DNA from: Octopus vulgaris
Taxonomy: Eukaryota
Length of the DNA: 64,000 nucleotides
Assembly (NCBI GenBank): GCA_951406725.2
Contig: OX597832.1
Span: 66,092,001-66,156,000, forward strand
Direction of reading: 5' to 3'
Made by a program: the position numbers and the translations under genes. This document shows positions 13,147-24,407 of this stretch, one piece after another. The notes under the pieces were generated by a model. It saw only the letters and a program-made list of their open reading frames with translations. It ran no database searches and was not told the DNA's origin. Within the stretch, counting starts at the first letter, position 1. Each line of letters opens with the position of its first letter.

Positions 13147-15376
13147 TATATTCATTCTGTCTTCAACATAATTATTAACCACTGTTTTACACACCATACT
13201 TGCAGTTCATTCTTTGCAGTAGAAAGAACTGCTAGATGGACACTCCCGACAGAGAATTGATAAAATCACGAGAAATAGAGCAATACCAAACCAAATAACT
13301 GAAACTGATGTCGTTTAGCTTCGACCGAGCACTGATTACGACCTCTTTGCCCTCCACTTTTCTCGTAATCTGGGGATTAAATTTTCTCCTATTTCTTTTT
13401 TTTTTTTGTTATCCTTTATCACACTTTCTTAAAGATGATATATTTTGAATGTTTCTAGAGATTTCACCGCTAATTTGCGACAGTGACATTCATCGTATCA
13501 TCAGTGTTGTGTTTAAACTTTTGCGAAAAATGTGTTTGCAAAGAATATATTTTAGGTCTCAGTAATATATGCGGTTTTCATAAGTAGATATTATGAAATA
13601 ACTTTATCACTCCTGGCAAATTCTGTTTACATAATATCAATAAAAAATTAATGTTATATTTTTGTCACATCTCAAACACAAACGACAATGAAATAATAAA
13701 CAATGGGAAGTACTACAAGTAGTCTTACGCTCACAAACGCGCACACACACAGGCATGCAAACACACGAGCGCGCACACACAAACATATATATATATATAT
13801 ATATATATATGCGTGTGTGTTTTCTGATTTTGTTCCTCTCAATTTCAAGGGTTTTCAGGAGCATGGAAAATACACGATAGACTCGTATGACAACACTTCA
13901 GCAATATGAATTGATGCATCAAAGACAAGATCCTCAAGTATGACATTTTATTTCTATGAATTCGAAATGAATATATTTATTTGGAACACGTAAATATATT
14001 CATTTCGTTTTCATACATATATATATGTGTACAGTAAAGCAGTTACGCAAAAATTGTAAAGAGGTTAAAAGTGTAAAGAGCCCCTCCGGTCATCAACAAC
14101 CATGGAATTGCACCCAGAAAGTTCCCCTCTGAGGCACATGCTTGGGAAATGTTGATTATTGAAGATCAGCAGCCTCCTACAGCACGCCAATCTCCCCGTT
14201 CCACGCTACCGATGTCATCCAATTCAAAGACAAGGTCAAATAAAGCTTGGCACCAATGACATCGTAACTGAATGAGCTGGAGCAACGTGAAATGAGTTGT
14301 CTTGCTCAAAAACACAACAAATAGACCAATCCAGGAATCGAACTCGCTACTTCATGATTATGAGTCCGACGCTCTCGCTCTAAACACTGAGAGTCCTTTT
14401 GATATATTACAGCATGCCAGAATAGTAGAACACCGGGCAAAATAAGTCTACGTTCAGACTAAAGAGCTCTGCGTTTGATCACTTTTTTATGCGATTCTGA
14501 ACATGCGTTTAACCTTATGAATTCCAATACACAGTAATATAATTAATACAAGTAAGGCAAATTATAATTTCTATATAATCCAAAATAAGTTGTAATGCGC
14601 TGTATATTATACATGCATCCGCACAAACACTCACACATAAACACACACACACACACACATATACGCATATACATAGACACACATAAAATTAGATATAACA
14701 ATGATTGTATTAATATAGGAAGATATATCTGCGTCGTCAACAGAGAGACTGGAAAGAAGAGCTCAACGTGTTTCGCTACAGAAATTACATTTTACGAAGA
14801 TACTTGGAGAAAGATTGTTCGCACACTAGTGCCTATGATATAAAAATAATTGTTGAGTGACCACGGATGACATCCATATGTTCATTCGCCAGCAAGATCA
14901 GACGTGACACCGGTCTTAACAATTGCAACAACAAATTGAAGTGAACCAAAAAAATGTTATTTTCATTTATTGATCTTATATATTTTTCCACCTAATATTT
15001 TATAAATTATATGAGTGTGCAAAGGTATAAAGCATGCGCATGTAAAACGTGTTAAAGTTAATCCCTATGTGAAATCATTCAAATAAATCATGGTAAGCGA
15101 TGCAGTTTTTAAGCGTTGTTGAAATATTTCGTTCGTTGCTTGCATGAGTCACATCAAACTTACTGCCTCGAAATGTCTATCTCACTCTCACTCTTTTCTT
15201 TGTCACTCACTGTTTTTCTCTTTCTCTTACTGTGTGTTGTGTGCGTCCACATATAATATATATATGTGTGTGTGTATATATGTATATATATATATATATA
15301 TATATGTATATACACATATATATATATATGTATACATATTATGTTCGTACATATATATATATATATATATATATGC

Positions 15377-15447
<71 letters not shown>

Positions 15448-16057
15448 TACATATATATATATATACGTATATATGTATATACGTAAGTAGGCGTGTGTAT
15501 GAAGGCATGTATATAAGTATTTATATTTTCCTTTGTGTATATGTACATATTTCTCGCTTGTGAAACTTCTTTCATAGCTCAAACTACGCTATGAACGTAT
15601 AAAATCCTGAACATGCTTTCATTATTTTGTTTCCTCTGCATACATGCAATATGATACACACATTCGCACACACACGCACATACATATATTCAGTATTAAT
15701 TCATTCTTGACATGCATAAGAGGTGCAAAAGCCTTTTGTGCTGTATTGATCGTTACACACCTGTAACTTTTAATCGATATTCGTTAAATGTTGATACATT
15801 TTCTTTCACCTCAAGTTTAATAAATAATTTCTTCTTGTGAGTACGAAGTGACGCACTGACTTACTATAAATCCAATACCTGTTAATCTTAACTGCCTTTT
15901 CTCTGTCACTCCGTTCCTTACACATTGCATCACAACAGAAGCACAGCTATTGTCTGTATAGCCCCTACAACTATCTTATTCTTAAGATATTAGCATTGCA
16001 TACAAATAATAAGTATTACCTGCATAAAACGCGCACAGACACACATACATAAATTTG

Positions 16058-16101
<44 letters not shown>

Positions 16102-18128
16102 CATACACATATATATGTGTGCGTGTAGTAGTAAGTTAGTATTTTATATAATACGTTATATATCGAAATATACTTGGTCAATCTCAGCAATTGAATTAGT
16201 TGGACGCGTTCCAATAATACGCTTTTACTTTTGTAGATCTTCTGTGTATTCCATTTCAAATAATTGCCAAAACTACTGGTTTAAATTATTTTGATTCTAA
16301 TTCAATAGAGTGAGAAGAGAACAACAACAACAACTACAGCAGCAACAACATCTACAACGACGACGGCGACAACAATAACAGCAATGAAGGTAACAGATAG
16401 TAGTTTTATCGTAGTATTTACATGTTTCCAAAATTGACTTGCGTGTTACGTTATTACTGCTCTGAATGCAGACGTATTTGAAAAGCTTTTCTTTATTCTT
16501 TCCAATGTTTTGTGACTTTTGTGAGACATGTTGACTTCATCGGTATCCTGGGTATTTTGATAAAACTATACGTTTAATTTCTAGAGCGATATCTGTCCGA
16601 ATTATTCGTCAATGACGTGTGTTTACGAAAGAATTTGAATTCGAAGAATCCGACGAAATTGAGCTACAGTTCATTATTTGTTGCTTGGAAACTACACATT
16701 TTAATTAAGACGTCAAAAGAAATATTTCATAATCAAAATTCTTGTATTTATTAATTAGTATTACCTTTGAATGGATAAAGATTAATTAAAGCGCAGCCAA
16801 TCCGTGCCGTAAAGAACATATTTTTCTGATCTCGAATTCTGGGTTATAACGTTGTGTGACATCTTGGGAAAGATTTCAGTGTATATAACGCAGTCTCAGA
16901 TTGACATAACCCTTGTCTTTTATATTGGCTATATGGAAACTGTTTAGAAGCGTGTCACATGGATTGTACCTTAAATTCGAAAGTTTTACCTTTCCACAGA
17001 GGGTACACAACACTGCTTCTCCCTGATTATTATGGTAAGTTTGCAATTATTTGTGGAATATTTAGGCACGTACACACATTCATAAGAGGAGATAATTCAG
17101 TTTTTCGATCAACTGAATTACCAATTTATTAATTAGATTAACAAGGAATATATATGAGTTGCTAATGTACATTAGTTTCCTCAACTCATCAGTAAAATTT
17201 ATTCGATCTGGTCTGTGATATACACAATATTCGATATATTAATTTTAGTATTATATATAAACGTATAAAAACAAGATATTGCAACACAGACATTTTGCAT
17301 TTCAATGTCAAGGAAATTACTAGTATGAATTTTAGTGAACCCGTAGAAATGAAGTATAAATTCAACTAAGCAACACCTTGGAGTTCAGAATAAAATACAG
17401 TAAAATTGAAAAAAAAAGACTATGAGCGCCCTCATGAATCCCCATTACAAATAAACTATCGGATTCGAGTTTTGAGAAGTGTTTCTCTTTCGCTAATTAG
17501 TTATCGTGGCATAAAGCACACGATATCGAGAAAAGTCACAGCAAACTGGGGTGGGGGGAAATAAGCGTTGTCTTCTATTCAATCTTGTGCTTTTCCGAGA
17601 ATGCCAGATTGGTGCAGTTGTTTTAACGTTGGGCAATATTTAGGTCCTAAGTTCAAATGCAACTAAGATAATGACTATATTTTAAAATTCTGGGATCGAA
17701 AGATTGCGGATATGTGATGCACTGCGATCGATGTAAGCAACTATGCACGTCTTCCATATTTCTGTCCTACTTTCACTATGAATCCCAACAATCTGCAGCC
17801 ATTTCTATCATATTTACAACAACGTCTCATAAAAATGAAGTACAATCCCAGCTGAAAGACCACATCGGGCTTTCGAAAATAGCCAAATGCATCAAATATA
17901 ATTTTTAAAACTACTTTATTAGGATAATCAATGTAGAGACGGCATACATCTATAAAGGAAATTATTATTCAGTTTAGATCGAGAAGAACAATAATGAAAT
18001 TAATGGTTTCCTAAACTAGGTTTTATCTCGTGACGCCATAAACATCGAATGTTATGCAAAGTTTATGAACGTAAATTGAATTGCTATGTAAGTTGAAGTG
18101 CAAAAGTAAATATATACGTATCTCAACG

Positions 18129-18164
<36 letters not shown>

Positions 18165-18166
<2 letters not shown>

Positions 18167-19590
18167 GCTCTCTCGTCGTTCACAAAAAATTAGCGTTTGC
18201 AATACTTTTTTCGTTCGGCGTCAACAGCCCTTCCTATCTTGTTCTCCCTGTCCTGTCTTTTACTGTTATATATATATTTTTTTTACTGTTTATATATATA
18301 TATTTTTACTGTTTATATTTTTGTACTGTCGTTACTGTCTCGTTTTTTTACCATTTTTACCCCTCTGCGAAAAGATCTCAGAATTTTAATTGATTTGCTT
18401 TTCGCAGGAAGGAAAGTTTCTTGTCGAAGATACGTCTCGCTTTTATCCTTCGAAACGTAGAGTAGATGAAACTTTAGCGACTGAAGAAGGGGTTTTTTCG
18501 TTGTGTTAACTGTCCTGTACTCCATTTTTTGTTGTTTTAAAAAAAATGTCCTGTTCCTTTGGTTTGTGTCTATGTTTTCGTTTCTCTATGTGTTCGACGT
18601 CCCTTTGGTGTCCTGTACTCATATATGCGTGTATATGTACATGTAGAGGTAGGTACGTACATATATGTTTATATATATGCATATGTTTTATTTCTTTTAT
18701 TAATATATTATACGACTAAACGCACGCACCCTCTTAAGTAAGATTGTTCTGTATATCAAGTTCGCCTTGATATTAACTCTCACGTGCACTCTGCTCTTTC
18801 TTTCTTTCTTTCTATCCCATCCCCCCTTTTCGTCTTTTTCCCTCACTTAACTTGTCTCTTCCTCTCTCTCTCATTCTTCATTCTCTCTCTCCCCCTCACC
18901 CTTCTTCATGGTCTCCTCGCACCATTCCCTTTCTTCTCTCCCTTCCTCTTGCTCCTCCTCCCCCATTCCCGTCGTCCATCTGCGACGATACTTCCGCCGT
19001 AACTGCTAACGGTCTTTCTCGCCCGCCTTTTAAGGCTACTGGACGACTTTTCCTGCTCTCTCGTCGTTCACAAAAAATTAGCGTTTGCAATACTTTTTTC
19101 GTTCGGCGTCAACAGCCCTTCTTATCTTGTTCTCCCTGTCCTGTCTTTTACTGTTATATATATTTTTTTTTACTGTTTATATATATATTTTTTTACTGTT
19201 TATATTTTTGTACTGTCGTTACTGTCTCGTTTTTTTACCATTTTTTTACCATTTTTACCCCTCTGCGAAAAGATCTCAGAATTTTAATTGATTTGCTTTT
19301 CGCAGGAAGGAAAGTTTCTTGTCGAAGATACGTCTCGCTTTTATCCTTCGAAACGTAGAGTAGATGAAACCTTAGCGACTGAAGAAGGGGTTTTTTCGTT
19401 GTGTTAACTGTCCTGTACTCCATTTTTTGTTGTTTTAAAAAAAATGTCCTGTTCCTTTGGTTTGTGTCTATGTTTTCGTTTCTCTATGTGTTCGACGTCC
19501 CTTTGGTGTCCTGTACTCATATATGCGTGTATATGTACATGTAGCGGTAGGTACGTACATATATGTTTATATATATGCATATGTTTTATT

Positions 19591-19600
<10 letters not shown>
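18165..19600 (+). mobile_element. Non-coding partial tandem repeat (~890 bp unit, ~1.6 copies) with rearranged hammerhead motif: retrozyme-like family A
   Basis: 18165-18710 is repeated at 19053-19600. Flanked by (TA)n on both sides. No credible ORF. A dispersed third copy lies at 42497-42880. Confidence 0.85.
18359..18493 (+). ncRNA. Rearranged hammerhead-like motif, family A copy 1 (copies 2 and 3 at ~19257-19391 and ~42537-42668)
   Basis: GAAGGA (II) ... TACGT-C (18436)-TCGCT ... TCCTTC-GAA-ACGTA ... AGCGA-CTGAAGA (18481-18487). All three stems are perfectly complementary; GUC triplet. Confidence 0.75.
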
Positions 19601-19630
<30 letters not shown>

Positions 19631-20453
19631 GTATGTGTGCGTGTGTGTACACGCTTATAGAACTGCTTGTATATATAAATATCTTTGTATGTATGTATGT
19701 ACGTATCTAAATATCTATCTCCCTCTTTCTCTCCATTTCTCTTTCTCTGTATATATTGTGAGAGAGGGGTAACAAGAAATGTATGCATGTATATGTATGT
19801 GTGAGTGTGTGTGTGTGTGTGTGTGTTTCTATTTGTGCGTCAGTGTGTCTCTGTCTCTGTGTTTTTGCATTATATAATGAGAAATTTTTAATTAGCAATG
19901 TAGAAAGAAATCTCAGGTTTGTGAATAAGGGTTAATCTCCCGACCCGTACAGCTGCTTATTAATGATTGAAGCACGACTGAGACCCATAATGCACTATAC
20001 CCTCTGACTTTTCTCTTTCTAATATCAGTGGCTATATAAACTAATGCATCAATTCTTTTCTAAATATAGCTACAAGAATTTCTTGAAATATTTCTTTTAT
20101 GTCGTTTAAGAAACACTCATTTTTTGGTACATAATATGGTAGTGAGAATGAAACGTTTCGGGTCTTGCACAATCTTATAAACAACGTTTTGCATGTAATG
20201 AAATGAGAAAGCATGGTTCGTAGAACGATGGAATCATTGTCCGCATATTCGTTCTGTCTCCACCAACTGGTGAGTTGTGGAGTTATTTTGTCGAATTCCT
20301 TCACGTTTTCTACAGATACGATTGTCATTCGACTTGTAAGAAATGTATGCTCAAGCAATTAGGAAAATAGCAAACGCAGAATAATTTATGAGAATTATTT
20401 TCTTCCATAGAATATATTGGATATGTATGTATATGTATATGTATATGTATGTA

Positions 20454-20957
20454 TAGTTTTTCTAATGCTCGTTGCTTGGTTTTTCTTGGAGGGCTGGCCG
20501 TGATCTAGTAATCTCAAGATTAATCAGCCGAAATTACTACGATGATCCGGTTCTTGACTGAAGACTGAGGGTTTCGAATGTCCTGTCCGTGTTTATTGTG
20601 TCGTCTTCTAAGAGTTATACGTTCTTGTCCATGTTGTATTTTTCTACATACCTTAACATATATTCCAGGCGCCCCGTACCCCCCTTAACATTTATGTGAG
20701 CACATATTCTTAATAATTGGTACGACTCTCTGTTTGTCTCTCTCTCTCTCTCATTTTTACTTGATCTGTCCCCCTCTCTCTCTTTTCTCTCTACTCATCC
20801 TCTTTTTCTCTTCTCTTTCCTCTGATTCTTTGGTCTAGTCTTCCACTACCCTCCTATTTCTTTGTCTCGCTCTGCACTCACAGGTCATTCTTCGACACCC
20901 ATCCCTTCTCTCTGATTCCTTCTTTCTCTCTCTTCTCTCTCTTTGTTGCGTTTGTCC

Positions 20958-20991
<34 letters not shown>

Positions 20992-22367
20992 TTTGCTTCT
21001 CTTTCTTTTCTTTTCCCTCTTCTCTGTCACGTGACTGTTGGCCGAAATCTGCCTTTCAGTTCCTGACCCTCGTCTTGTTAACATCGCTGTTTTCGTCCGC
21101 CACTATAAAGGCTTTTTCCATTGCGCCAGAGAAAAAATTTGTTTGCTTGTTATCAGTCGTAAGACACTGTTGTTTTCACCGTTAATGCTTCTGTATTTCA
21201 TGTTTCTGTATTCCATTATTGTTTTTTTTTTTTTTTTTTTATATCTGTCCCTTTTGCTGTCCTGGTGTTCGTATGCATTCGATCCTTCTTCCAGGAAATC
21301 TACGCTTCCAGCTTAGTTTTTCTAATGCTCGTTGCTTGGTTTTTCTTGGAGGGCTGGCCGTGATCTAGTAATCTCAAGATTAATCAGCCGAAATTACTAC
21401 GATGATCCGGTTCTTGACTGAAGACTGAGGGTTTCGAATGTCCTGTCCGTGTTTATTGTGTCGTCTTCTAAGAGTTATACGTTCTTGTCCATGTTGTATT
21501 TTTCTACATACCTTAACATATATTCCAGGCGCCCCGTACCCCCCTTAACATTTATGTGAGCACATATTCTTAATAATTGGTACGACTCTCTGTTTGTCTC
21601 TCTCTCTCTCTCATTTTTACTTGATCTGTCCCCCTCTCTCTCTTTTCTCTCTACTCATCCTCTTTTTCTCTTCTCTTTCCTCTGATTCTTTGGTCTAGTC
21701 TTCCACTACCCTCCTATTTCTTTGTCTCGCTCTGCACTCACAGGTCATTCTTCGACACCCATCCCTTCTCTCTGATTCCTTCTTTCTCTCTCTTCTCTCT
21801 CTTTGTTGCGTTTGTCCCTCCTCTCTCTCTCTCTCTCTCTCTCTCTTCCTTTGCTTCTCTTTCTTTTCTTTTCCCTCTTCTCTGTCACGTGACTGTTGGC
21901 CGAAATCTGCCTTTCAGTTCCTGACCCTCGTCTTGTTAACATCGCTGTTTTCGTCCGCCACTATAAAGGCTTTTTCCATTGCGCCAGAGAAAAAATTTGT
22001 TTGCTTGTTATCAGTCGTAAGACACTGTTGTTTTCACCGTTAATGCTTCTGTATTTCATGTTTCTGTATTCCATTATTGTTTTTTTTTTTTTTTTATATC
22101 TGTCCCTTTTGCTGTCCTGGTGTTCGTATGCATTCGATCCTTCTTCCAGGAAATCTACGCTTCCAGCTTAGTTTTTCTAATGCTCGTTGCTTGGTTTTTC
22201 TTGGAGGGCTGGCCGTGATCTAGTAATCTCAAGATTAATCAGCCGAAATTACTACGATGATCCGGTTCTTGACTGAAGACTGAGGGTTTCGAATGTCCTG
22301 TCCGTGTTTATTGTGTCGTCTTCTAAGAGTTATACGTTCTTGTCCATGTTGTATTTTTCTACATACC

Positions 22368-22371
<4 letters not shown>
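20454..22371 (+). mobile_element. Non-coding tandem repeat (860/855 bp unit, ~2.2 copies) with rearranged hammerhead motif: retrozyme-like family B
   Basis: Units start at 20454, 21314 and 22169 and are near-identical apart from microsatellite/homopolymer lengths. Flanked by TA-type microsatellite. Confidence 0.9.
21276..21440 (+). ncRNA. Rearranged hammerhead-like motif, family B copy 2 (others with cleavage C at 20513 and 22228)
   Basis: GGCTG (II) ... TAGTAAT-C (21373)-TCAAGA ... CAGCC-GAA-ATTACTA ... TCTTGA-CTGAAGA (21418-21424); AUC triplet. Confidence 0.75.
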
Positions 22372-22405
<34 letters not shown>

Positions 22406-23719
22406 TATATTTATATGGATATACATATATATATATATACGTATGATGTATATATATATATATATATCTTGCACATGCCACTAGCAGTTGGCTGGGACTA
22501 CGCATACAGCCAACATACTCTTTTGCATATAAATTTTGCCATGAAGAAATATTAGTTTTGGCAAGGTAAGCCACGTTAAGCGGAAGACAGGTCGCTGTTC
22601 TTGAATAACAGATTGCTCCGTTTGTGCGAGTACGTGTGTGTGTGTGTGTGTGTATCAACCTATAATTACGTGTGTTTGTAAGTGTTTATGTGTACATAAG
22701 TCTGAACATGTATGTGTGAACATGTGTGCGTGTGCGTGTGTGTGTGTGCGTGTGTGTGTATACTTTTCATTCTGTTAAATGAGGGTTTCTGAGTCGGAAG
22801 AAAAGAAATTTGTGTGTGATGGTAAAATATGACTACACGTGTGTATCTAGATCGGTTGAACATTGGTAAATTTCCTTAATCCATGTAGAAACGATGTAGA
22901 AAGAAAGAATTATTCGTTCGTAAACATGGTTGTGCTGCACTTAGTGCTGTAGAATCAGAATGAAGTTATGGTATTTCAACTTCTTTTGGTGTAGATGAAG
23001 CTTGGTGTTCTGTGAATCAACAGTAATGATATACCTCTCGAAATAGCAGTCCATTAATCACTAATAAGAGTAATGCAATTAATCTCGCTGTCAAATAAAT
23101 TCGCGTGTCTGCGATCACGTCCTGATCAAACTGCACAATGTAGTTCCCATTTAAGTGTAAAGATTCTACAGGAAAATAATTTTAGATCACTTTGCATTCG
23201 TAATTCTATTAGAAAATCTGGGAAAATTAAACCTCTTCGATATGACGTCTGTGTTGATAGAGGTAGTTCTTTGGTGAGTAATATCATCCGTCTCTTTTAC
23301 TCACCAAAGGCTTAACAAATTCCTTCGGTTCCACATTTCAATGAATTTGAAATGATAGTGGAAAGAATAAAGCTGTGTGATATAAAAGACAGATGATTCA
23401 GTTTAGCCAAAGGAATTATATCCTGTATAATTCAGAAACAGAAACTCGTGATGCTAGATGCAACAGGAACACTAAGTGTGAAGCCTTATTGCTAGAGATT
23501 TTGTATTTTATGTTATAAATATGGATTGCACATAAGGATTCTCACTTCATGAATTCCTGACTAGATATCACAACCTCTAATGGCGCCACTTCATGAATAA
23601 ACTGATTGTGGTGGGCACCACTCATGTTGTGAGCAAATTTCCATCAAATACGGTTTCTTCATTTAAGAAGGCACATATATGACCACTCCAAATACGATGT
23701 AAATATTTTGTTTTAATAC

Positions 23720-24407
23720 AACCTGAGCAGATTTGATTTGGTCTTTCTCCACAATTTTTCTTCCAAAACAATAATGCTTTATGAGTATAAAAAAGGAAAC
23801 TCTGCAGCCGAAGCGACTTGAAACATGCAATCAACTTATGGGAAAGAATGCTCGAATGAAAAAACTTGCAGAAGATGGTTTGCAAAATTCAGAAGTGGAG
23901 AATATAGCCTTGAATATGAGAATCGAAGAGAACGTACAGTTGAGTTTGATGATAAGCTCCTTGAGGCATTACTAGAAGAAAATCCTGCATTATTATCAAT
24001 TAGAGTGTTTGAACCGAGCTATGAAGGAAAAAAAACCTGTTTTAGCGTATCGAAAATGAGTGATGTTTCATCAGGACAATGCGCTACCCCACACTGCAAA
24101 GATCACATGACAGAAGATCAAAGAGCTTGGTTGGGAAACAAATCCTCATCTACCTTATTCTCCGGACCTTGCTCCTTCAGGCTAACCTGTGTTTCGTAAT
24201 TTACAGAATCATATGGAGGATATAACTTCCGCAAGCCTGGAAGAGGTCGAAACTGACATTTCAGTGTTCTTCCCTTGTAAATAGATGGAAGGAAGTCATA
24301 AATAATCAGGGAAAATACATTGATGATTAAATTTCAATTAAACATCACATTTAATTATTTGTTTTCTTTATTCAAAATTCGGACAGAAGTTATGGGATGA
24401 CCTGATA
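23720..24407 (+). mobile_element. Internally deleted mariner transposon remnant
   Basis: HTH region YGKECSNEKTCRRWFAKFRSGEYSLE..R. After a deletion/frameshift, FHQDNATPH and LGWETNPHLPYSPDLAPS. Right TIR-like end ggacagaagttatgggatgacctgata. Confidence 0.88.

Noticed and set aside
18446-18493. Conventional type II hammerhead reading (GAAACGUA cleavage, stem II to AGGGG)
   Set aside because: No stem I forms between the bases after GUA and those before CUGA, and family B cannot form stem II this way. The rearranged model explains all pairings in both families.
18197-22171. Repeated short ORFs inside families A and B
   Set aside because: Low-complexity Phe/Leu/Ser peptides whose frames change between copies through homopolymer indels; no domain motifs.
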